Origin: Octopus vulgaris
Taxonomy: Eukaryota
Direction of reading: 5' to 3'
Assembly: GCA_951406725.2 (NCBI GenBank)
Contig: OX597824.1
Location: 7,998,001-8,062,000, forward strand
DNA: 64,000 nucleotides
Part shown: in pieces, positions 12,585-24,817 of the stretch
Numbering within the stretch: the stretch's first letter is position 1
How the letters are laid out: each line of letters opens with the position of its first letter
Translations under genes and position numbers: made by a program
The notes under the pieces: model-generated
What the model saw: the letters and a program-made list of their open reading frames with translations, nothing else
Database searches by the model: none
What the model was told of the DNA's origin: nothing

Positions 12585-12948
12585 AGGAGGCGCAATGACC
12601 CAATAGCAGCGGACTCGCGGTCGGAGGATCGCAGTTTCGATTCCCAGACCGGGCGTTGTGTGTGTTTATTGAACGAAAACACCTAAAGCTCCACGAGTTT
12701 CTGGCAGGGAGTGGTGGCGACCCCTGTTGTACTCTTTCACCCCAACTTTCTCTCACTTTTCCTTCTTGTTTCTTGTCCCCGACTTCCTACGCAACCGCTG
12801 AGCCTGGATGCGCATTCATCCATCCGTCGATGCTCTCGGTGAGTCGGGGGTTGACCTGCTTTCTCTTCTGCGGGTCTTACGAATAGCAAAGGACCACGAT
12901 TTGGACTTCTCCCATCTTGCGAGCTCTGGGACAAAGACCGTTCGCTCA
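12585..12948 (+). mobile_element. tRNA-derived SINE family C in a (CAG/CAA)n tract
   Basis: GGAGGCGCAATG...GTTTCGATTCCCAG tRNA-like head. A near-identical body is at 46329-46655. Both copies are flanked by CAR repeats. Confidence 0.85.
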
Positions 12949-12954
12949 ACAGCA

Positions 12955-13003
<49 letters not shown>

Positions 13004-13085
13004 TAGCAGCAGCTGCGTAATTGTTACAAGACTCCTAATTGGCATCTCTTAAACATCTTAAAATTGATATTTTGAAAGCAATGAG

Positions 13086-13467
13086 TCTATATATAAACGG
13101 CAGTTTGTCTGTGCGTGTTTCTGTGTGTCTGTTTTCTCGTACCCTCACCCTGACCACGGCTTTCAACCGATTCTGATGAAACTTGACACACACATAGCCC
13201 AATGTCATAATTCAAAACTAACGCAGCGAAAATTTTGAAAAGTTCCCCCAGTTCTGAAAAAAAAATCGATAAATTCGACATGGGGTCGAGAATCAGAAAC
13301 ACAAACCGCAAACTGTCTAGGGGACGCAACTCCACCTTTTTTTACTCTCAAAAAAAATTTACCATCATTTTTTTCCATTTTTTTGCTATTTTTTGGCTAT
13401 AACTCTCTAAAAATGCTTTATAGTTATTTCCCTTACAAACCTGAGCAACGCCGGGCGATACTGCTAG
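13086..13467 (+). mobile_element. Non-autonomous Helitron-like element, copy 2
   Basis: Starts TCTATATATAAA and ends CCTGAGCAACGCCGGG-CGATACTG-CTAG|T. Confidence 0.75.
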
Positions 13468-13886
13468 TGAGTCTATAAGTTTCCACTGCAGCGGTTTGTT
13501 GTTGTTGTTTCGAAACACTCCTATTGTCCTGTTCTTGTTGGTGTTATTGTTGTTGTTGTTGCTGATTTTGTTGTTGCTGGTGTCACTATTGTTGGTGCGG
13601 TTGTTTTTGAAATTGTTGTTGTTGTTGTATTCTTTGTTCTTTAGATTCCAGATGAACTTTGGATGAACTGAACTAAAATGAAAAGAACAAAAAAAACAAA
13701 ACCTTCCATCCGTGAGCATTCCATCTTTATTTCAGTGTGCACAATATATCTAAGACTACGTTATCCAAATGTGTCCATTGCTTTTCTTTTCTTTTTTTTT
13801 TTTTTTGAGATAGCAGGATATAGTTTGAGATATATTTGGCTGCTACTTCTAGCAAGTCATGTAATACCAATTGCTGCCTCCATCAA

Positions 13887-13895
13887 TATGTATAC

Positions 13896-13926
<31 letters not shown>

Positions 13927-14218
13927 TGTATGTATGTATGTATGTATGTATGTATGCCTATGTATGTATGTAGGCGTATGTATGTATGTATACATGCATG
14001 TATGCATACATGTATGTATATGTGTGTATGTATGCGTGCATATGTATGTATATAAGCATGTATGCATATGTATGTATATATGTATGCATATATATGTGTG
14101 TATGTATATATGATTGTATGCATATGTATGTATGCATGTATATGTATGTATATATACATGTACGCATATATATGTATGTATGCATGTATGTATGCATGCA
14201 TATGTATGTATGTATCTA

Positions 14219-14254
<36 letters not shown>

Positions 14255-15598
14255 TGATATATGCATATATGTATGTATGCATATGTATGTATATATGCAT
14301 GTATGCATATATATGTATATATGTATGTATGCATATCTATGTGCGTGCATGTGTGTGTTTGTCTATGTATGTATATATGTATGTATGTGTGTATGCATGT
14401 ATGTGTGTATGTGTGTGAGTGTACGCATCTATGAAAGTATGTCTAAATCATTTTTTTATTAAAAAAACATATAAACAAGATAATTATTAATTTTTTTTAA
14501 AGAAATAATTGATTGATTATCGATCTGAGAATGTTTTAAACTCTCATAAAATGAGATCGATTTTTGTGGGGTGTTTTGGGTTTTTTGGCAGGAATCAGTA
14601 ACAAACTGAAGGGGGAAGAAATAGGAAGAGGCGGGGGTGGAAGAAATAATGAAAAAAATCCTAAATGAAATTTAGTAGCTGTGTGTGTGTGGGGGGGGGG
14701 GGTGAAGGAAATCATATTCTGATAAATTTTTAATGAATGAGAGAGAAGAAGAGAGAAGGAGAGGGAAAACGATGAAGAAAAGACTGTGGAGCTTAAGATA
14801 CACACACACGCACATACACAAAAACACATACACACACAGACACACACACATGAGCAAACACCCGCACACCCGCACACACACGTACACATGCACACAACAC
14901 ATACACACATACACATGCACACACATGCACACAACACATACACACACATACACATGCACATACATGTACACACATACACACATACAAACATGCATGCACA
15001 TACACACACATGCATTCGAATGCAAATACACACGCATACACTCACAGACACACACACACATGAGCACACCCCCGCACACACGCACACATGCACACAACAC
15101 ATGCACACAGACACACGCATGTACACACATACACATACACACACACAGGCACACTCTCTTCTATTGTCTTTTACGTGTTTGAGTCATTGAACTGAAACAA
15201 GAAAATCAGAAATGTGTACATTACACACACATACACATACATACATACATACATACATACATACATACATACACACATACATACATACATACATACACAC
15301 ATACATACATACATACATACATACATACATACATACACACACACATACACACATACATACACACATACATACATACATACATAATACATACATACATACA
15401 TACATACACACATACATACATACATACATACATACATACATACATACATACACACATACATACACACATACATACATACATACATACATACATACATACA
15501 CACACAGATACATACACACATACATACACACATACATACATACATACATACACACACTCTGTGTCTCCCTCATCTCTCTCTTCCTCTCTCTTCCTCTC

Positions 15599-15670
<72 letters not shown>
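13887..15670. repeat. Cluster of (TATG)n, (CA)n, (TACA)n and (CT)n simple repeats
   Basis: Seen directly. Confidence 0.85.
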
Positions 15671-15674
<4 letters not shown>

Positions 15675-16142
15675 TCGTCTTCGTGTCGTTGTGTGTCTGT
15701 GTGTTTCTTAAACAATTGTTCAGCAAGTTCTGTTTCCAACATCACCAAAAATGGTAAATAGGATCATCTGAAAGATGAACTAGGACAAAAATAAAGAACA
15801 ACAGAAAAAACCCCACTTGCAGCCTGAAGATTCCCTTCTGAGATAAAACACCAATCGAGGTGAGGCATGAAAATTTCCAATATTCGTTCATTTTTTAAGG
15901 TTGGTTTTTGTCTTCCTTTGCAATCTCGCTTGGGTTTGAACGGAAACTTATCTGAGGTTGGACACTGCCTATCACCAGACCTTCCTTGCGCTGTTCCTGG
16001 TCGCAGTATGTGTCCATCAGGCCACTCCAAAGAAAACAAAAAGAAGAAAAGCAAAGCATTTGAAGGGCTATCCCAGTTTCCGTCATCAAAGTTTCTCTCA
16101 ACAAAATTCACTCAAAATTTCAGGTCATGTGCCTATGGCAGA

Positions 16143-16396
<254 letters not shown>

Positions 16397-16397
<1 letters not shown>

Positions 16398-17140
16398 CCT
16401 TTGCACAGCTTCTAACGCTGTGTACTACGGTGACGTACTACGGTGTCAGCTGTTCACTACCAGTGAACTAAGGAAACACCTCTTATTTCCTGAGCACCTT
16501 CCGGAGTATTCGGGCCGTTCCAAGCAGTACTGTTTTCTGCAAGTGCTCCACCCTTATTGCAGCCCCTATTTGTTCCATTTACTTCTCAAGATTTTTACTC
16601 ACTGTTCCCAGGACTCCGACAGTTATTGGTACTACTACCACCTTATTCTTCGATCATAACTGCTTAACCTCCCAAGCTAACCTTTCATATCTATCGACTT
16701 TTCTTTCTATCCTTATCGGATACCTTGTTGTCAGCTGAGCATGCTGTATCTATGATCCAGCATAGTTTGTTTTCTTTCTCAATTAAGACTATGTCCGGCT
16801 TCCTATTCTCTATCTCATTGTCGCACTGAATCATAAAATCCCAAAGGATCTTTGCATTTCAATCTGCGACGATGCCTTCATGCTGGTGGTCGTACCACTT
16901 CTTTGCTCTGTCAAGTCCATGCTTGTTGCAAAGGGTCCAGTGGACAAGCCTTCCTATATTGTCGTGGCGTCTCTTATATTTCTTCTGGGCTAGGGGCGTA
17001 CATTGACCAGTAATATGCCATACGGTTTCACCATTTTGCCCATAGATTCTGCACTTATCACTTTCTGCTGTGTTGTCAATTCTGTATTTTATGTAGTTTG
17101 TTCTTAGTACTTGCTCTTGGACATCACAGATTAGAGTCAA
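16397..17140 (-). mobile_element. 3' end of a second R4/Dong-like RLE non-LTR retrotransposon
   Basis: QEQVLRTNYIKYRID...DKCRIYGQNGETVWHITGQC (degenerate CCHC knuckle)...YKRRHD...KILWDFMIQCDNEIENRKPDIVLI...LQKTVLLGTARILRKVL. The 3' end runs into the (CTA)n tract. Confidence 0.9.
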
Positions 17141-17154
17141 TATGAAAGAGTCCA

Positions 17155-17505
17155 AGAGTTCAAATTCCGCCGAGGTCGACTTTGCCTTTCATCCTATCGG
17201 GGTCGATTAAATAAGTACCAGTTACGCACTGGGGTCGATATAATCGACTTAATCCGTTTATTTGTCCCCTCTATGTTTAGCCCCTTGTGTGCAATAAAGA
17301 AATAAGAAACGTCAGCATGCCGGGCGAAATGCTTAGCGATATTTCGTTTGTCTTTTACGTTCTGAGTTCAAATTCCGCCGAGGTCGACTTTGCCTTTCTT
17401 CCTTTCGGGGTCGATAAATTAAGTACTAGTTATGTACTGAGGTCGATCTAATAGACTGCCCCACTCTCCCCTCCCCAAATTTCGGGCCTTCTGCCAAGAG
17501 CAGAA
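17155..17505 (+). mobile_element. Two tandem copies of tRNA-derived SINE family B
   Basis: Core GAGTTCAAATTCCGCCGAGGTCGACTTTGCCTTTCATCCTTTCGGGGTCGAT..AATAAGTACCAG. Other copies at about 26188-26350, 28580-28809, 34213-34423(-), 35955-36150 and 38325-38530. Confidence 0.85.
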
Positions 17506-18065
17506 TCGGATATTTTTATGCATAAATGTAGTTGTTTTACTAGTTACTTTTGACGGGGTTTTTCCTCGAAAAAATACCCTCGGCAAATATCTCAATTCTT
17601 AATGTGGAAACCAATGGAGAAGTGGGTTTCGCGTTATGAATGTCCATGTTGCGACCAGATTTTCAAGGGCGCAAAATCCCGTAACGCGAGGAGGTATTGC
17701 GCGCGCGTACACACACGCACGCACACACACACACTTTCATACATACATACATACATATCGGTGTGTATGGTGGGATGTGTGTGAACGGTGAGGGGAAGGG
17801 CATTCAAACAGCGCGAGGGTGGTTGCGTGACGTGAGTCTGATGACATTATGGCTAATAAATCAAAACCTACGGCATATCAGGGCATGCCGATGGAGGGCA
17901 AAACCAACGGCATGTCAGGTCAACCACACAAGAAGTAAACATAATTGTTTCGTTCGATTTGGGAACGAAACCAAAGTTTTTGCTGTCATTGACAGAAGAA
18001 TTATGAAACCCCAAAATGGCAGAACTATGAGAATGACAGGTTTTCTTCCTCCCGACCCTTTAGAG

Positions 18066-18306
18066 TAGGGATTCTAAGCCATTTTTTTTATCTATGGATC
18101 CCTTTATGCTTTTACTTGTTTCAGTCATTTGACTGCGGCCATGCTGGAGCACCGCCTTTAGTCGAGTAAATCGAACCCAGCACTTATTCTTTGTAAACCT
18201 AGTACTTTATTCTATCGGTCTCTTTTGCCGAACCGCTAGGTTACGGGGACGTAAACACACCAGCATCGGTTGTCAAGCGATGTTGGAGGGGACAAACACA
18301 GACACA

Positions 18307-18338
<32 letters not shown>

Positions 18339-18340
18339 TG

Positions 18341-18408
<68 letters not shown>

Positions 18409-18901
18409 CATATACATATACACACACACATATATACACATATATACGACGGCCTTCTTTCAGTTTCCGTCTACCAAATCCACTCACAAGGTTTTGGTAG
18501 GCCCGAGGCTATAGTAGAAGACTCTTGCCCAAGGTGCCACGCAGTGGGACTGAACCCGGAACCGTGTGGCTGGTAAGCAAGCTACTTATCACACAGCTAC
18601 TCCTGTGCCCTTGATTACTATTCTATTCTGGTGAACCCCCATAACCATTCGATGTTTAAAAACTACTTTTATAGAAACATCTTGCAAAATTCCTATTTTG
18701 TTTTTCACACATTAACCTGTGCAGGTTGAAGTATGTAAAATGTTAGAGAAAGAAACCCAGCTGTTTCTTGCAATACATATCAAGATATACATTTAAAGCA
18801 AATTTTATTTCTGGGGCCCTTAAAATACTATTGTGCATCCCAATTTACTATTTTGCTGTGTGGACTTTAGGGGCCATATGGATCCCAGTAGAGAACCCCT
18901 G
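18066..18901. mobile_element. hAT-type MITE with 8-bp TSD, interrupted by a family A SINE (~18108-18607, -)
   Basis: Ends are TAGGGATTCT and AGAACCCCTG. Flanks are CTTTAGAG (18058-18065) and CTGTAGAG (18902-18909). Confidence 0.75.
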
Positions 18902-18909
18902 CTGTAGAG

Positions 18910-19650
18910 GGAGGTAAGTCAGAGTAGGGAGTCGCTGGATTCGTAATAGAACGATGTGGAGAAGTGAAGGCATGCAACAGGACAGAGGTATCTGCGAAGT
19001 CAGTGGAAGTATCAGAGAGATGGTGGCGAATTCCAGTGCATGGAGAAATTCTTGGTGAAGGATATGGAAAACGTTTGATCTTTGATGAGTGATGGAGAAC
19101 CGAGAGAACGATCAATGTAACAGTTGTATAACTCAGGGATCGGTTTAATAAACTGAATGGAAATGTAAGTTCAACGTTATTAACAAAACGATTTGGTGGG
19201 TTTGGGCCCCATTTTGGTGCCCATTGTTATTCCGCTTACTTGCTGGAAGAAGTCACTACGGGAGGAGAAGCAATTTAACGTAAAGGAATGTTTCAGCGAG
19301 GCAGAGAAGTGTAGAGGAACAGGGTTCGAGTGTGAAGTGATGATAGAAAAAGGTATTTGATGCCTAAGAGGTCATCGTCATGTAAATGATGTACAAGAAT
19401 TTAACTTCAACAACGAAGGGTAATGCAGTTTAGAAGGTCCAGAAGAGAATGGAAAATGAGTCGAAGAGATATTCAACTCTGCAAAGACAATGTGTTGTCC
19501 CCTTTCTTTGGTTTTGTGTACCTCTACAAAAACAACATTTGTTGTTTGGAACTGGCGAGGCTGATGCTTCTTCCACTCAGGCTCTCCCGTACCATTTGAC
19601 TCTCCTCCTCTCATCACCTTTCTTCTGTCCTCACCCTCTACCACGTCCCG
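18910..19650 (-). mobile_element. Degenerate Penelope-like element reverse transcriptase (Neptune-like)
   Basis: Stitched minus-strand frames give LLCLAETF...LNCFSSRSDFFQQVSGITMGTKMGP...PIPELYNCYID, matching the PLE RT 'LNNFSF..F.Q..G.AMGT.MGP...RYIDD' pattern. A short plus-strand segment at ~19550-19640 may be an inverted downstream piece. Confidence 0.7.
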
Positions 19651-20903
19651 CACGCGAAATTTTTCCCACGAGAGTTCCGGACCCCAGTTATGAACTCATT
19701 TGCATACAGACAGACAATCAGCTCAACTATCAAACTGATTTATGAGCGCATAACAAGTGATGGGCGATAAGATAAGGTCCCTTGGGTAAGGAATGACCAT
19801 GATTCTTTTCTCTTTTTAAAAATGCTTGTTGTTCTTGTTCTTGTTTCAACCATGGCTGCCTCTGCGTAGTTATTTGTGTTGTTGTTTACTTTGTAAAACA
19901 GTAAAGGGGAGAGGGTTGCTAGCACATCACCCTCTACCCACATTTTCCCCACCCACATCTTTACCATATGGGGCCCTAAAAAAATCCGATAATAGTTACA
20001 GATGCAAATCTAATTATTTGTCTCCTAAAATCAGGCATAACTTGGAAATCGGTCGACTTACAACACCGTTCTTCGTCTTGAGTTTACTTGGTAGAGTGTG
20101 TTTTTGTTAACTTGACAAGGTAAACTCTGATTGGTTGTATGCAAATGAGTTCATTTCTGGGATCCAGAATTCTCGTGGGAAAATATTTCGCGTCCCGCAT
20201 TAATCACTACGTCTAGTTCCCCCCACCCCGAGCATTGGCCCTCTGGAACCTCTTCTCTGTTCATACCTTTCGCACAGATATCGACCTATAAAGGTTCGAG
20301 AGGGACATTAATGGCATCAATTACACCAATCTAGGAAGATCTGCAAACTCTATGGGCACTGCCCCTTCCTCGAGGCCCGACAAAAAAATAGAAAAAAAAA
20401 GGAAAACATGAGCAGTGTTGTGTAGATTTTCACAGGGCTGTCATCATGGGAAAATTAGGGTCCAATACATTGAATTGCTCGGGAACCTACACTGTTGCTA
20501 AGGTGGCCCTGCAAACATCAATGATATAAATGAAACGATCTCTGATCGGTTTTGCGGAACATTTTTTTCACCTTTACGACGTCCAACTTAACTGATTCCA
20601 CGTGAAAAGGCTAAGGACCTCATTCTTTTTTTTTTTTTAGGAGAAGGAGAAAAGCGATGTTTTGATGTTCATAATAAGCTCAAGAATATTGGTAGCGTCA
20701 TAGATGTTGTATCGTTTTGAAGCAGAAATCGAAGTCACATTGGCTACGCTTCTCGCCGGCTGATTAGCATATTCCCAGACTCGTTACTATGCACGTTTCG
20801 GAAAGATAATTTTTTTTTATTTATTTAAATGAAGAAAAATTGATAACAATTTTACCGAATGCATTGGCGACAAATTGTAAACTGTAATCATTTCCTTCAA
20901 CAA

Positions 20904-20950
<47 letters not shown>

Positions 20951-21360
20951 CATTCATATTGTAGTAAAGCTCTTTTCTTTTTCTTTCTCTCTCTGTTTGC
21001 GTCTGCCAGTCTTCCCCCCTTCACCTTTCTTCGTCTCTCTCTTCCACCTTTATTATCCGTAATTATCTATCTCAGGGTAATTAACATCAGCCTTTTGTTC
21101 TTCTAATTATCTTCATTATTACCTTCTCTCTCTCTCTCTCTCCACTTTATCGTTTGCAAACTCTCTCTCTCTCTTTCTATTTATATACTCATTCTATTTA
21201 CTCTATATCTTCCTTTGTAATCGCTTTGTGTTGTCTTTTTCACTCTCTCTCTCTCCCTCCCTCCGTCTCTCCCTCTCTCTCTCTCTCTATCTCTCTATCT
21301 ATCTCTGTCTCTCTCTATTATCTCTGTATTTCTCTTACGCTTTCAATCGCTTTCAACATT

Positions 21361-21531
21361 AGCCACGCCCACTTCTTTACATATTAATATTAATGAACTT
21401 CCTAAAAAGGAAAGAGTTGTATGCTATCGTGAAGCGCGTGACACGTCGCTCAGCACTTCTCCCAACTGCTGGACTGACGGACTGACAGTCAGTCAGCGCA
21501 CCGACCACAATTACACGGGATAATAATAATC
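21361..21531 (+). promoter_or_regulatory. Probable core promoter and 5' UTR of the gene starting at 21532
   Basis: Sp/KLF-type GCCACGCCC (21362-21370), CpG-retaining segment and Inr-like TCAGT (~21489) immediately upstream of the ATG exon. Confidence 0.5.
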
Positions 21532-21609
21532 ATGGCCGATATCAACTCCCGGCGATCTGTTACCCTAACTGCCGACCAGAGAGAAGACATACAAGAGGTT
21601 TTCAATACA
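21532..21609 (+). CDS. First coding exon of an EF-hand protein, probably plastin/fimbrin (actin-bundling); 26 aa, partial gene
   Basis: ATC-ATG-G Kozak context, MADINSRRSVTLTADQREDIQEVFNT, then a consensus GTAAGT donor in phase 0. The pattern 'L(T/S)xD(Q/E)xE(D/E)IxExF' resembles the helix leading into EF-hand 1 of plastin/fimbrin. A calmodulin- or centrin-like protein is not excluded. Confidence 0.7.
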
Positions 21610-21934
21610 GTAAGTTTGGCCTTGTCATTTACTTATTAACACTTCTCCGCTTTAATTCTCCCCTTTTTTAATTATTTTTTTTCTTATCCCGGTTTTCTTT
21701 GGTTCTGTCTTTAATTCAGTCTTTCTGTCGTTCTTCATCGTTTCTTGTTCGCTTCTAAACGTTCGTTTGTTATTTTTGTTGCCGCTTCAATTGATAATCG
21801 TTTTAAAAAGAACAGACAACACAACAACGACTGAAGCAATAAGAATCCATAACACTCTATACATACATATATATACATATATCTATCTATAATATCTTGT
21901 GTATGTTGTCCTTCACTAAATCTCAAACTATATA

Positions 21935-22056
21935 TACTGGTGGATATACATGTGTATATGTATATATTAAAGGCTATACATGTGTGTATATGTATATATT
22001 GGTGGATATACACGTGTGTATATTGGTAGATATACGTGTATATATTAGTAGGTATA

Positions 22057-22095
<39 letters not shown>

Positions 22096-22400
22096 TGGTA
22101 GGTATACATGTGTGTGTGTGTATATATATATTGGTAGGTATACATGTGTGTGTGTGTGTGTATATATTGGCAGGTATACATGTGTGTGTGTGTATATATT
22201 GGTAGGTATACATGTGTGTGTGTGTGTATATATATATTGGTAGGTATATATGTGTGTATATATATATTGGTAGGTATACATGTGTGTGTGTGTATATATA
22301 TATTGGTAGGTAACGTATGTGTATATATATTGGTAGGTATACAAGTGTGTACATCTATTGGTAGATATGCATGTGTATATATATATATAGATATATATAC
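21935..22400. repeat. Minisatellite, unit ~TATATTGGTAGGTATACATG(TG)n
   Basis: About 12 units with variable TG/TA tracts. Confidence 0.85.
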
Positions 22401-24769
22401 ATGTGCCTGTATATATCATTAGATGTACATGTGTGTATGTATGTATACGTAGGTAGATAGATGTACATGTGTGTATATATATATATAATATATATATATA
22501 ATCTGCTCATGTATTTCCTAGTAGCTTTTAAATTTTTACTTTAAAATTACTCTCTACTTAATTAGGTACAGTATATCTGATTTAGGGGATTGGTTTATTT
22601 TATAATTTATTTAAAATCTAATCAATATATTCTTTCCCTAAATCTGATCAAGTCCCATTCTAGTTGCTGCAGCTATAGTTTTCCTTCATTTCATTTTACC
22701 AAAAACAAAAAAAGTGGGGGTCGAAAACTACATATAGGAACAGGGGATGATACTGTAACGATCCCAACTATTGTACCTCTCTGCAACAAACAGATTTTAT
22801 ATATGTGGAAGGACTATCCTGATTTGCATATATTATTTGTGTTTTAAAACTCATCTTCTTCCCCCTTACACACGGTCGTTCTTTTACCACCTTGCTTTAC
22901 TATATAAAACTGCCCTTTTTATATTTTTTCAACAACGAGTTTAATTATATTTCCCAATGTCACCGCTACACATACGCACAATTAATTATATTTATCTACA
23001 CAATGCTGTAGCTTAATTAAGTTAATGAAATATCTGCGTGTGAAAGCCAGAGATAGGGGTATTTATCTACATTTTGTTTCGTTCGAGTCATTGTATAGTA
23101 ATTACTTCAATGTTCTGGCTGTGACAGTTTGTGAAAAGCTGTCTTCTACGCCCGTTCTCCCAGACGTTTATACTAACTGCATCGTTTCAATGTTATTTAT
23201 TTTAAAGCCTGCACTTTGATCCGATTCAACCATTCATACCCCGTTCCCTTCTATTTTCATCGCTTATGACAAATACCCTAGTAGAATCTCGAGGAAAAAT
23301 AAAGGATTAAAAAAACAATAACGAAGGTTACAAAGTATATAATTACACTTTGAAAGAAATCAGAAAATTTAATTTATTATTTATATTTTATTTTTTTTTA
23401 GCATCCCTACTTTTTCTTTAAAAAAAAAAAGGAAGGAACACAACTGTTTTATCGTTCTTCTTACAAGAGACAATGATGGTAGCAGTAGAGTTAGAGTAAA
23501 AAGAAAGCTTGATCCATAAGTGGTGGTGATGGTGGTTGTAGATGAGTTCCTTTTGTCGCCGGCTTTGCCGCTTTTATTGTGGTTATTTTATTTAATATTT
23601 TTTAGCTTCTCATCTGCCAGTAGTTTAAGGAAGGGATCGTCATTTTGTCAACTTCGTCACCGGCTCCTATTTCTCTGTTGCTTCGCTTCATATTAACAAT
23701 TCATATTACTCATCTTTTTATCCTATTGTTCATGCGATCATTTTTTTCTTTCTTTTTCTTTGATATTCGTTCTCACGCTTTTGGACTTCGTTCGCGCTTG
23801 TTAATGTTTTTAAAATTATAATAATTCCTTTTAAATCAAAAATGTTAATCTACCTTGCACATACAGGTTATTGTATCTCTCCCGAAGGAACATCTTCACC
23901 TAATGCATACATTAATTCGATCTACCAAGTCTTCGGTATTGATCAGCTTATTTGGATAATAGCTAATTAAAAATAGCGAGTAATTATCTATGTTACTTTT
24001 CATTCATTAAATATTCAAACCCTTAAAAAATTATCTTTTTATAGTTAAATTTAAAAACATTGCCGCACATGTAATTTTATTTTTTTAAAAGTAATTTAAT
24101 AGAATTATCGAATGTAATCGGTTTTTCTGAGCTGCCACTGTACCGGCGAGTGCAATGGGTTAGTCAACAACTTCACTCCCCAATATGAAAAGAGGCATCC
24201 TTGTCCAAAATACTCTCCATCCTTTTGCATTTTAAAATCGTAAGAGTCGATCACTCGATGTTGCTATAGTGGCTGTTATTTAGCCCCAGAACAACTCTGA
24301 CTGTGCAAACCCTATTGATCAAAAAAGCATTCCAGCTGTGACCATCATGTCTGGCGAGTGGGGTGGGTGTTTATAATACATTACATAATGTATCCAGAAC
24401 ACGATACCACCGAGAGATTCGCTTGCTATTTGTGGCCGGTTGAGCACTCGTTGGTTGTAGCATGGTGTTTTTTCATGCCTCACTCTCTGACTTAATTTCT
24501 GATTGATTTTTAATCCAATCCTTTCTCGTTGCTCACTGAACGAAAGACAAAACAGCTCTTCTATTGTTGGGGCTATTTATTGCCTGTCTCTCTCAGTGAA
24601 CATTTTCTGCTGATACAACAGTAAGGCTTCGTTCGTAATTGCTATCGGTTTAGAAAAATCCTTAATCTCCTCCAAGTATTAACACTTATCTGATTGCAGC
24701 AAGTCCCTTATAATCCAACTGATAGCATCTTTTCCCCCAACTGATAGGGGGTTAAGAGAACATTATATA

Positions 24770-24817
<48 letters not shown>

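Noticed and set aside
12845-12900. HDV-like ribozyme look-alike in SINE family C (GACCTGC...GCGGGTC...CGAATAGCA)
   Set aside because: I could not build P1, P3 and P1.1 of the double pseudoknot; only a simple hairpin is supported.
15670-16111. Minus-strand ORFs and acceptor-like pyrimidine tracts
   Set aside because: No consistent acceptor-frame-donor combination and no recognisable protein.
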